Notes under the pieces: generated by a model
What the model was told of the DNA's origin: nothing
The model's database searches: none
Seen by the model: only the letters and a program-made list of their open reading frames with translations
Assembly (NCBI GenBank): GCA_964606485.1
Contig: CAZSGP010000006.1
Span: 62,925 to 126,924, forward strand
DNA: 64,000 nucleotides
From: an uncultured Planctomycetia bacterium
Lineage (GTDB): Bacteria; Omnitrophota; Gorgyraeia; 2-02-FULL-51-18
Direction of reading: 5' to 3'
Translations under genes and position numbers: made by a program
Shown: positions 1 to 12,900 of the stretch, in pieces
Numbering within the stretch: the first letter of the stretch is position 1
How the letters are laid out: every line of letters starts with the position of its first letter

Positions 1-945
1 GAGCATTTTTAAATGATGGGATTCAAGAGGCGGTAAAATCGTCTGCTTAGAAACCGTGATAAATTTCTTAAAAACATAAGGCCGCGGCTGTTTGCCGTCG
101 ACGTTCGCAAACTCAAGTTCAAACTCAAATCGGTCGCCAGATCTGCTATCTTTTCCAAGGGATCGGCTCAAATCCGTATAAATGCGTTTGAACCAGGGTC
201 GCATGGCCACGCCGCAGACAAGACTCGTCATCGCGAAAATTCCTAAAGCGAAAGGATTATTATTTTTACTGCCTAAAACCGTGCGTTCAAAATCACCGCC
301 GGCCACTCGACCCACACTGGTGGACACATCATAAATAATGAGCCCTAAAAGCAGTAGCGCTCCAGAAAAAATGAATCCATAATCAAAAAACCGCATGAAA
401 CGGTCGGGAACCAACGCTCGAAATACTTTTTGGCCGTCCAAGGGTCCCAGTGGGAGCATGTTGGCGAGACCAAAAACTAAATTAATGTGCGCCACTGTTT
501 GAAAAATCCAGTAACCGGTGGCTAAGTATAGGCCTGCGAAAACCCCGTAAAGAATTAAATTCATGATAGGCCCGGCCAGCGCGATTTTGGCCAAGGCTAT
601 TTTATTTTCACCGTTTCCGGGATTAAAAAGCTTATTTTGAAAAACTGCAAAAAATAAAGTCGCGGGAACCCCTAAAAGTCCTGTGATGACAAGCGTCAGG
701 GCCGAAGCGCCGCTCATGAAACGCCACGGCTTCCATGAAATCTGACCGGCCATCCATGCAGAAACATCTCCCGCCTTGAGCGCCGCATAAGCGTGAGCCA
801 CTTCGTGCAGTACGATTGATTCTATGACCAGCCAAAACATTAGGACACCTTCAAGAAACCGAAGCGTCTCCACTTCCGCGAGTCGCGCACCGGCCATCGA
901 AAATTTCAGCTTTGATGCGGCGGGTTCGTCCAACATGTAGATCAC
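1..945 (-). other. M50 (site-2 protease)-like polytopic membrane domain at C-terminal end of giant ORF, continuing beyond window
   Basis: HExxH in a hydrophobic helix (IVLHEVAHAYA, 793-825) and NMLPLGPLDGQKVF (436-477) match the M50 HExxH / NxxPxxxLDGG motif pair, with hydrophobic helices around them. Confidence 0.65.
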
Positions 946-3900
946 GCTGTCCATGCGCTGAAGCATCGACACCGGAACGGACTCCGTGACCGGGCCCTGT
1001 AAACCACGAGCCACAATCTCCGCTTTTTTTTCGCCGTTAGCCATGAAAAAAATATTTTTGAACTCTGCGATATCCGCCATACCCATTGTGATCGCACGAG
1101 GCGCTTTGCGGATTTCCGGATAATCTTTTTCATTCGCAGCGATCGTAGACTCATTTAAATCGACGATCTGCATGGACTGGTTAAACCCGGAAAACCGCGG
1201 CGGCTCATTGAAAGCCAAGTGACCGTCGAGACCGACTCCTAAAATTCCAATATCCGCGCCGCCATTGTCCTTTAAATTTTTCATGTAACGCTCCAAGTGG
1301 CCCGGCACATTCCATTGGGAGCCGTCGATATAATGAATATTCGCTTCCGGAATCTTTACTCTCGAAAATAAATGCTTTCTTAAAAATGCTGCGAAGGAAC
1401 TCGGGTGACTGGGTGAAAGGCCCGCGTACTCATCAAGATGATAGGCCTGAACACGCGACCAGTCGATGTCTTGGCTAAATCGAGCCATATAATCCAACAT
1501 TTGTACCATGGTATTTCCGGTGGCAAAAACGATGTTTACACTTTTTCCAGATTTCTGGAGAGATTCGATTTTAGTAATGATCGCAATCGCCGCGGAAGAG
1601 GCAAATTTATGATCTTCCTCAACACGGATTAATTGTTTTGTGCGGCTGAGCGCAAGCTGAGAATCACCCGCTGAATTTTGAATCAAAATCTTTATTCTTT
1701 CCGATAAGTAACGAAGATAGGCGAGAAACTCCTTTTCGTCCGAAGGCTCGGTTATTCCCGCATCCGAATGGATCTCATCGATAAAATTTTTAAGTTCCGG
1801 CTCGGCTCTAAAAAATCGGTCGTACTTTTCTTCTAACGTCTGCTTAAACTCGCGAAAATCTTCTCTCCTATTCGCAAGGTTGGAATGGATAATTGCTAAG
1901 AAGCCTTTTTGATGCTCCTCAAGAATTCTTAGGAACATCGCTTCGGAGTCACGCGAAAAACTACCGGTCACCTTAATTTGAATTTCGTCTCCAAAAGCCC
2001 CATTTCCAGGAACAAGCTGAAAGTCCACACGGTAAAAATGACCGGCCAGCGCCATCGTGCGCGACACACCTGACCGACTCAGGCCTCGTGCCAACGCGTC
2101 AGAAACTTCGCGCAAATGGCCCGCGCCCACCACTTGGTAGGAGTATTCTCTGATTTCCTCTTTACGGGTTTTAGCAAAAAAACGAACGCGGCCGTTTGAC
2201 GGCGTGTCCTGGTAAAACCCGATTGAAAACCAGCGATTCTTCTTCGCGAAGCCTGCTTCAAGACGATCTCGAAACTCGTTTTTTATTCTTAATTCATCTT
2301 CGGCTCTTTGCAGAGGAGACCGAACAGCCGGATGGCCGTCAGGTCCCAAGCCGAATTCCCATTCGGAGATAGGATTACTGATCAGATGAGAGGGTTTTTC
2401 AGTTAACCGCGCTCCATTTGATTTAAATTTTTTCTCCAAATGGATGTAAGCAAAAGTTGCAGCAACACCCGCGGTGATGAGTTGTCCTGCGTACATTGCG
2501 CTGTCAGCAGCACTCAGCACCACGGGATCTCCTAAATGAATCCAGGAGAAGGTTCCCCCATAATTCCACACGTCAACCGCCGCCAATACCGCCGCCCAAA
2601 CGTAGAACCAGATGGCAAGATCAAGCGCGCTTTTAAGTTTTAAATACCCTTTCTCTTCGAGAACTAAACGGAGATAACCTGTCCCAATCGCCCATGCCAT
2701 TAGAAAGGCCGCACCCAGAATCCAGAACGGATCACGCGCGGCGTACACAATAAACGGAGGCGGATTGTGCAGAAGCTCGTGAGGCGTGACAAAAACCAGT
2801 GTTTTTTGATTTTCTTTGGATAAATTTTCATAGTAGGCCAGTCCGCGATCCGAAAAAACCTTTGGCCATATATAAAAAAATGGGGTGCTTGAAAAATAGA
2901 GACGCTCCATATAAGTATTCATCGGTACGCTTACTAAAATTATCAAAATCCGGATCATTTGACCAAGCGTTAGGTCATCCTCCGAAGAACCCGGTCTCAC
3001 CTCGACCTCGGTTTCTTGGGATTTCTGAACAAGCCGCGCGCCACGAGTCTCTCCAAAATCAATGCGCTCCCGCATGCGGTAAATCGTGCGGATAAGCTCA
3101 ATTCCTTGAGGGGAACGAAGTGTGTTCCCGATTCTTCCGTTTTGGCAGAGCTTTTTAATCACATCTTCTTCGTCTTCGTGGTCATTGCCTCTCCATTCTG
3201 CGTTAAGCAATTCCATCTTCGCAAGAATGCCCCTTAATAAACGCAGATCTCTGTGATTATTCTCTTTGGAAGCCAAACGCAGTTCTTCGTTAACGGTTTC
3301 CTCGGCCAGCCTAAAAATAGCCGTCATAGGAATCTTATTCCTGAAGCTTTTTATCTTTGCTTTCAATTTTGCTTTAAAATTGCGTTCGAGCCGGTGAATA
3401 AAAGCCTCTCTGCGGATTTCGGCTTCCTGGCTCTTTTGCCACTTTTTATAAAGAATATTTGCAATGCTTGCGGCAACAGCAAGCACCGCCAGCGTGCCCA
3501 AGGTAATACCTGAAAGCCGCGCGGCGGCAGGCAAAACCTCAAGCGCTTTGTCTTTTCTAAAACAAGCCAGGTACCACTCTGCGTTGTAGTGGCGAACTTC
3601 AGTATATTTTTCACTTGAGAAAAACGAGCGCTCGATTAAAAATTCTTTATCGGGCCTAAGACCCGGCAGCTCTTCGAACATGCCCGTTAAAACAAGGAAG
3701 CAAATTAAAGATCCGTTTTTCATTTGTAATCTTTTTTCTAGAAATTTACTTCTAAAATGAACGGCCTCGTCCCCCTCGGGTTCGGTGTAATAATAAAAAA
3801 CGAGATCCGCATCGCTCCAGGAAATATTAAACGCGTCCGTTTCGGGATAAAACTTAAAGTCGGGCTGTGCAATTTTTTTGGCCCGAGCATTCTCGAGCAG

Positions 3901-6900
3901 AGCTTCCGATTTTTTGGAGAGCATCTTAGAAATTTCAATAGAAGAGACCTTCATTCCAAAAACGTATTCTGCAAATATTCCTACCCGGAGATCTCCGGCG
4001 CCAAAATCAAGCAAGCGTTTATCTTTTAAGCACCCGTACCTCTTTTCAATTGCAAGAAACGACCGGTAAATATGCTCAAAATTTGCCATATCAAATAACG
4101 CCCCGCCCGAACCAAAGGGGCGATACTGATTTTGATATTCCTTATAAAATTTAATGACATCCTGTGCGCGCTTTGCTCGTTCCGTATCCGTATCGCTGAC
4201 ATTTAAAGAAAGCCTCGCCCCACCGGTTTCGGATTGAACTTTTTGAACGTACACGAGAAGCCTGCGGGCAATTCCGCTGGCTTCGGGGAATCCCATACGG
4301 ATAAAATGTTCCAGAAGCTGGATTAAATTATTTTCGGGAGTGCTTTGAGCACCCTTCACCCAAGTTTGAATCGCTATCACGGCTCGCCGAACTATGCCGG
4401 GATCAATCACTTCCTTAGCCAAGGAAACCCATACCTCCTTCACTTGATCGTCAAATAAATTGGGCTTTATAAGCAGTGCTTTTTGAAGTTCAGAGATAGC
4501 AGCGTCTCTTTCAGCGTCCGTTCCGAAAATGGCAGCCCTTAACAAGTTTGAGAAATTTATTTTATGGGCATCGGGCGCAGGCCCTTCCGCTTTAAGATTT
4601 TCAGCTATTTTCCAAATGCGCGCCCGCACAACCGTTTCGACCGGTTCATCAAAAATACGGTCACCCTCAACGCGGACTATTTTTCCTTCTCTGCAAAGTT
4701 TTTGACGGTTTACTTCCATGGCAACATTGAACTGATGCCACATATGGTCCCAAACCGCGCCGGCTTCTACGGAGGGATTCTGCCACCAGCGCTCATTTTC
4801 AGGAGTCTCAATGTTGTCCCACCACCAGGCCAGATCCTTGGCGGACTGCTCTAAACGAGCTTCGATATTTTGGCTAGGCCTGAAAACAGCCACGTCCATG
4901 GGAAGAAGCGATTGGTTCCGGTATTCATCGCGTTTAATTTCATTGTTTGCGACAGCTGCCAACGCAACCAGTTTTTCACCCACTTCAAGATTGACGCCGA
5001 AATGAAGGTTTTCAACTTTAGAAATCCGGTAACCCCCGGCAAAAAAATTGGAGGCGCGCGCCAAGATACGAAGCCCGATCATTTGCCGTGCCCAATTTTC
5101 ATCCATAACGCCGTTGAGTATTTTTTGAGCGTCTAACGACTCTTGACTAAAATTCCATCGCATCCGTTTTGTAATAGGTCCGCGGTCGATCGGTTCCAAA
5201 GCGGACGGCATCTGCCCCATCAAATGGGTGTCGCGCTTAAACAGCGAATCTAAATTCTTCTTTGAGGGCGACTCGTCGAATTTCTCATCCACTCGCGAGG
5301 GTTTCGCCGATAAAATCATTCGTGCGAGTGGCTCTTTCGCGTCGTTGATCAAGTCTATTCGCAAAAAGACGGTTCCGTCGGGCTGGGTTTTAACTAACTT
5401 CGTCCGGATTTTTAACGGCTGCAAATACAAGACCAGTCTGCTTCTATTTCCGTGAGGACGATTGGCTCGGAAATACAAAACTCGATCCGGATTAAAACCC
5501 GTCATCACGCGCTTCGCCTGGTTCACTAGCCGACTTAAGATCAGAAAATCATAAACGCGTTCTCCGGAAAGAAAATACCAGTAATAACCCTCATCAGATA
5601 GCCGTTGCGGCTCGCCTGACAACGAGAATAAATCCAGCATCCATTTCTCAAAACGGATCAGCTGTTCATCTAGCATCACACCACCGGAAAGCCGCGCGCC
5701 CCTCACAAAATCCACCACCACCTGATTCCATTCATCAAGATACTGAGGCAAATGCGAACGCAGCAGCGAGTGCTCCTGGCTTCCTTCGTCAATAATTTCA
5801 AGGGGGGTAGACATTGCCCGTGCATCTTCCCGCAGATTGTGAATGTCCACGAGCCGGTCGTGAGTGCTTGTCACGATGAGTTTTTTTGTGCCGTTTTTTC
5901 GCCGGACCGCGTTTGCCTTTTCGTGCATGTCAGACGGATAAGTCAAAATCGCGTGCAACTCTTCGAGCACATCGCGCGTCGACATGTTTTCGTAGTCCTG
6001 GCTAATCGCGTAGTGCAGCTCTTCCGGCACGCCGAGTTCCTTGAGCATTTTGAAAAAATATTTGCCTTGAGTAAAAGAACCCCAAAAGGGCGCTACAAAG
6101 AACGTCGCTGCAGCCGGCGCGTAAGACGCAAGCTGGGAAAACAGTCCCGAATACCTCTCAAGCGCTTTTTCTCTTAGCGCCACAACAGGCCAGGGTAAAC
6201 GTTCGGACACCGGCCACTTTAAAACAGTTAGCATCGGCTCAAGAATTTTTCGGACAGGCCCAAAATACGCTGACGCAGATTTCAGAAAATCTAAAATATT
6301 CCGGATCGCGTGATCCCTGTGTTTAAACGAAAAGGGATTGGAGCCGATCTCGACGGAAATTTTATCAATGACGTCCTGGTAGATTTCAGGCTGGCTAAAC
6401 AACGTGTCAATCAGCACATTTGCGTCCGAATGCCCCACCAGCACAATTGGCCGGTTGGGGTATTCTTTGGAAACCCATCGAATCGTGTGCGCAACGTTTC
6501 CAACGTAGTAATTCAAAATCTGTTCGGAACCCATTTTGCGAATGGCTAACGGCACGCGTCCCCGGTGGGGGGCCGCCACCGTCCAATCATCGGGAAAATT
6601 GGCTAATTGATTTTCCCAGGTGCCTCTGCCCACAAATCCGTGCACGAGCACGGCAAGTGGTGCTTGATTGGATGGCCCCTGACGTAAATCCACTTTAAAA
6701 CGGGTTTCAATGACTTGTCCCGCATGATCCTGAAACGGCCTTCCGTCCGATCCTGCCAGCGTCCGGGTTAATTCTACCTGCGGCCAGCGAAGTGCTTCTT
6801 TATCGACAAAAAAATCAACACGGGTTGGCTCGGGGTGTTTCCATAAAAGCCGCGCAGGCGCTTGAGTGAGCCAGTACTGCTTACGCTCAGGCTCCGAGCG

Positions 6901-9900
6901 TAAATCTTTGAGCACCCGATAAAGAGGCTTTCGCTTATGCCGGCCCGACATCATCACCATCGCGTGTTTCGAGTCAAAAAAAGCTTCCGGCGTCAGCGAC
7001 ATGAGATTTCCAGTCACCGCATACCCGGGGTCATACCGCTTTTTCAACAGCTCGCTTCCGGGGAAAATCGCGCCCATATTGGCTTGGCTACCGATACCCC
7101 AAATCGTGAGATCAAACCGGTTGCCGTTTTCGGCTAGCACTTCACGGCGTTTTATTTCGTAAGAAGCGACAAGCTCCTTAAATTTTTGAGCGTCCACGTC
7201 CACCCAATTCCCATCGTAAAAGCTAAAAAATTTCGGCTGGTCGATCGCGCGGTCTTTGCCCTTAATGCTTAAAAAATTAAAACAGGACCGGACCATCGCC
7301 TCATTGGCACCCGGCTCATCCGCCCCGGGTCCGCGCTCTTCCCCTAGGAAAAATACGATTCTCTGCATTTCTCCGGGCTTAAATCGAGTGTAGTATTCTT
7401 TTTTGGTGAGGAGCTTGTAAAATTTCACCGGGGTATCGCCTCCGGCAAGCGCTACAAAAAACTTGGCGTCTTTTTTGCTTCTTAGCTTTTGAATGGCAAG
7501 CTCTATAAACCGGTCCGCCGCTTTTTTACTCAATTCCTCATCGTTGAGAGCGGACGTGTCCACCCGGAACCGAGGTGTCGCGGCAATTCCTTCGCGCTGT
7601 CTTAGAAACTGATTAAATTCCTCTTCCCGCAGGGCGCGCGTCCGCGCAGGCGTCCACTCGCCGGCATCAAATCGCTCAAAAATTAAATCCGGACTGGCCT
7701 TCGTTCCGTATTCCACAATGCGGTCAAACTCGCTCCATTGATTTTTTGGGTGCAGGCGTTTTGGGTAGCCAAGCGCAAATCCCACAAACCGCTCGAGCTC
7801 CGCGTCGTCAAAGAAACCGTTTAAGTCCGGCGGATAAACCGGCTCTGCGATCAAACTCCATTTTTCATTTTTAATTTGCTCTTCAAATACTTTGAGCGCT
7901 GTCAAAAATGCCCGCCGGTTATGGGGCGGCGTGGTGACAAGTGAAACGGCCGTGTGATCAAGCTTGTAATCCGATACCGCCTGGGCAATGAGATGACGGC
8001 TCATCTTCAAATTTTCAACCGTGTTGGGCGTTGGCGTGGTGTCGCGGTAAATAACGGGCTTTCCTTGAAATTCGGTGGGCATATTAAAAGTATGCGTCAG
8101 AATAAATTCGATCAACTCCGACTCGGTCGACTGTTCATTTTTTAAGAGCCGCTTAAAAATAACGCGGTCGCGGCTTTTAAAAGAATAGGCATAATTTCTT
8201 AGCATTAAATCTTTCAAGTCCTGTGTCGCCCGGCCAATGCCGCCTGTGATCACTATCGGAATCACGTCCCCCGCTTCGAATCGCTTATTCCACATTTGGG
8301 CGAATGCTTCAAACGCTTTGAGATCTTGGTGTCCGAGCAGCGCGTAAACCGTGGGCTTGCCGCTAAAACCCGCTGTCTGCTCTGTTTTAGACAGTTCGTC
8401 AATTAGCGGCTGGATGGCTCCAATCATCCGGTTCCGGGAATCAGAGAGCACATTGGCCGCGAGGCGCGCGCCGCTTTGAATCGGATTGGGAGAGCCACGA
8501 TTAAACCTTAACTGTTGGAAATGAATATAATCCCGTGTCGTTTCTACATCCTGAGTCTTGAGCAGAACTTTTAATACCCGCGTAAACATTCCATGTCCAT
8601 AAACAAAAACGGTTTTGCCCGGATAGCGCTGGTTTATTTCGTCGATAAATTTCCGCACTCTCACCATAAACTCAGGAAAACTTTCGCCGTTTCGCGGCGC
8701 AATGAGGGCGCTGTTATTTTTATACGCCTGCGCCATTTTTTGCTGTGCGGGATCAAGCTCATCTATTTTTTTGCCGCCCCAGTCGCCGAAATTAATTTCT
8801 TTAGCGCGCATCTCCAATTCCACATCGATCGCCCGCTTCAAGCCGAGGTGATAAAGACGCGGGATTTGAAATGAAGCCGTTTCTCTTGCCCGGAAAAGCG
8901 GGCTCGTCAAAAACACATATCCTTTTCCCGGATCCCCATCACTCAGGAGACGCTGGTATTCTTGCCACAACTCCTGAGCTCCACGCCAGGCCTGGGATTT
9001 ACCTTTGTCGTCTAAACGAGCAAGCGGACCCTCGTTCTGACCCTGGAACACCTCCATAGAATTTCCGTAAGTATTGCCGTGCGGAATCATCACAAGATCA
9101 CATTTCAAAACCGGAGGCTCGTAGCCGGCTTTGTATCGGATATGACCCTCTTGATCAATGACTTCAAAACCAAGATCTGAAAGCATTTTTTTGCCTCTCA
9201 ATCGGCTTCTTAAGTCGTCATAAAATAAATATTTAAAAATTAAATTTGCCCAGGCGGCAAGACGCGCACCTGCTTGTTGGGACAATTTCTCGACATCTTT
9301 TTTTAGTTCCTTAATTTCCCTTTCAAAGTCCAGCATAAGGATGTTAAAAAGATCCAAATTTTTTCGGCTAATCGCCTGAGCGACGTGATTCACTAGCGCT
9401 GCCGACTTGGACTTTAATGTATTGATCAGATCAGCGCGTGTTTTACGATTAAGCGATGGATCTGAGAGTTTAATTCTGGCATGCGTCGCAAAGTCGGTTT
9501 GCGCATCAATTAAGCGATTATAAAGAGGCTGAAAATAAACCTGAGCCTCTATGGTTTCATTGAGTGCTCGCTCGCGGGCCAATTCGAAGAGCATTGGAAT
9601 AACTTTGTCTTTCGAATCAAACTCGCTCCCCTCAATCGTCGACAGGTATTGCTGAAGCTCTCCAGGAACACGCTCAGTCAGAAAGACGTTTCCCTTTATA
9701 TGATCCGCGAAATGAAAAACGCCGGGTTTACCGCGGCGCCCGGCACGCCCTTCGAGATGCAGCGCTGTGAGCAGTGACTTGCTGTAATGGGTGCTCAAAA
9801 CCACTAAGCCCGCAACCGATATTTTTTTCCCGCGGAATTCCGCTTCCACGGGCTTGTAAAGTTTAGGGTCCAATTTAATTTCGGCGCCGCGGCTAGCCAC

Positions 9901-12900
9901 CTGAGCTGTAATCGTGATGCTGAAAGAATCTCCGATTCTATTCCAATTAAGCGCATCGCTCACTTCATCACGTCCATTAATAACCCGAATCGGTTGGAGC
10001 GGCTGCGTGCCGCCCTTCAAAAAGGGTTGCCGCTCATTCTCGGCCTCGAGCGCATCGCGGTACATTTCGGCTTCTTCCGGCGAACGGGTATTGAGCAAAA
10101 TAGGACGACCGGTCTCATAAAACACGCGGATTGCATCCACAAAATGTGCGATCTTTTCTTTTTCGTTTAAAAAATATTCCTCCGGAATGACCGTTCGATT
10201 GTTGGGGTACTTGGGCTTAACTTGCCGAACCGTCGCGCCATAAAGCGCTTCTAAAGCCGCCGCGCGCTTGGAATCTAAAACTCCTATGACTGCGCTGAAC
10301 TCAAGTGTGTTCCTGTAAAAATAATGCGGCGTTAAGAGCTCGCGCGCGACCGCTTCCCCCATAACCTTCTTTCCTTCTTTAATTTCTAAAAAGGGTTGAA
10401 AAAAGCGGATAACACGGTGCTCCTGCCGATCGCCAGTAGATTCGTTTCTGAGCGTAATTTTTTGATCCCATTTACTCGAATGCTTGGCCCGGCTTGTCGA
10501 AAAATATTGTTCACCTTCCTTGTAAAATAATCGCGCTTGTATAGCAATGTCTAAAAGCTCGCGCGGAAACTCGGGGTCTGAATAAAACTTCTGCAAAACG
10601 TCTCTTTTGGACAACTCAGCCAGCTGAGCGCGCCTAGTTTCATCGAGCTCAATGTCAAGTTTTCTCCGAAATTGGCCCTCCTCTTCCACCCAAATGACTT
10701 TTACCTTTCCCTCATCTAAAAGCCGAGTCGCCAATTCATTTACAGCGATATAGATGCCTTTTAAGTCCTCATCCATCTCTTCCGTGGGGTCCGCAAAAAC
10801 GCGAGGCTCATACGCTTCGTCCCAGAGAGGTTCTTCTGCCTCATCTAAAAACACCCACTTTTTTTTGTCAGAACTTTGACTCTTTCCAAAATATTTTAGA
10901 GAGAATCTGTCGATCATATGCCTAAACATAAATTGATCGTAGGTCCCGTGAATAAAATCGGCCTTTCGAGCTAGTTCGGCGCCATTCGTCTCCGTTAAGG
11001 AGGCCGTTTTAAAACCTAGACGATTTAAGATGGCCTCGGCAACCGCTGAATTTCTGGATGCCAGCGGGATATTAAAATCATGTATTTCAACTCGGTAACC
11101 AAAAAGCATTTTTAAATACGCCGCTAGAACCAGCGAAAGTGACTTTCCTTCGGACATTCGCATGGTCACGAGCGCTCGATTCTCTAAGAGAAGTAAAGCC
11201 GCTTCAATTTGTTTCTCGTTAGGAAGACTATTCGGATCGGTGTTTTGATCTCCGATAAACGTCCGTATGGAATCATAATCCAAGCTCTTATCACTCGCCG
11301 TCTTCGCTGCGGCAATTGAAAAAATGGCAATAGCCCAACCTATAAACTCCGGATTTGTTTTTAATGTGGGGTCTGCTTTAAATTTTTCCTGAACCAATGG
11401 ATAAAGTGCTTCGATGGATTCTGGGCCCATATGAGTAAGAGTTTGAATAAATTTTGTTTTATACCTACAAACATCTTCTATGAATTTTTTTTCTTTGCGC
11501 GACCGCAGAGCCGCCTGAGTCTTCCTTAAGAAGCCTTCCGCATCCGATAAGGAATCAATCTCATAAAGCTTTAATTTTTTGTATAAAGTCCTTTGGTCTA
11601 TTCCAAGCCGAATGGCAGCAGCTCCTCTGAAGTCGCCTGTTGAGTATAAAGCCCCGATAATCACCATTTTTTCAAGCTCACGCCACTGCAACACTTCTTG
11701 CTTCGCCATCCACAAATAAGCCGATGAATAATTGACTTCAATTCGCTCACGGGCCGACGCCTGGGAATCCACGCCTTCGACTCGAATCTCGTTGGACACT
11801 CTCTGGGAATCCAACCCCGTACTCAGGGCGGTTCCGCGTATAGATCCGCAATTAGCGTACGCGTTCAAAATAAGCATTTGTTTAACGCGCCTTAAGTTGA
11901 AATCAATATTTTCTGGAAAATTTTCAAGCGGAGCTTCTGGCTTCTCATCAGGAATGATGGACCTTAGATTTTTTAAATCCAGCTTTCCTTTTTCAAAATC
12001 AATTTTATTTTGGAGTGTCTTTAAAAAATCGGAATGCTGTGCGTTCTTCGTTGCCAAAGCTGTCAGGGAATCCATAGTAGGAGCTTGGGCGTCGGTAACC
12101 GCAACTATTTCAATCGTTCCCATTTTTTCTTCAGCTGCGGCAAGTCGCGCGCCGTCAGATCTTATAATCGCAATATTGTGCAAAATTTCCCGAGCGCGTT
12201 TTCTAATTTTTTGAGTATAAATCGTGTCATCTGTTAACCCGCTGATGTCTTGACGAACGGCTTCGGTCAGCTCGTCCATCTGATCTTTTGAAAACAACAA
12301 AGGGTTTGTTAAAAGCATCTGATAGGCCGCTTCCGTCAAATTCCACCGACGGCTCGTATCTCCCATGCTCATCCCTTCGGCCAGATAACGCGATGCCAAG
12401 ACCGCATTGAATATTGAAGTTAATTCTTTTTCCGCCCACTTTTTTTGTGACAAGGGAATAATAATATCGTTGATAAATTTATCCATTTGAAATCCGGATT
12501 GGGATAAATCCCCTTCAGCGTAAGAGCGCTGAATGTTTCTCTTCGTTTTAATATGCCCAAAAGCCACAAAGAGTTTCCCCACTAGATAAAAATTAGTCGG
12601 ATCCGAAAAATCGGTTTCTTTGATGAGAAGTGACGCCACATTCAGCATGGCATACGATGCGCTGAGTGCCAGCGACTCTCTTTTCAGAGGTTCCTCATGA
12701 AGACCCGACCAGTGAATAAAAAACTGATTCCAAATCTCCCTCTTCTGGCTTGTGCTGGCATTTTCCAGCAAGTCATGAAGCGCATCAAAAAAATCAATTC
12801 GAACCTTCTGAATATCGCTGTCGGAGTTATCGTATTTTTTTAAATAGTCGTTCAAAATAATATCGATTTTGGTCGACGCATCGGTTTTCAATCCAACGGT

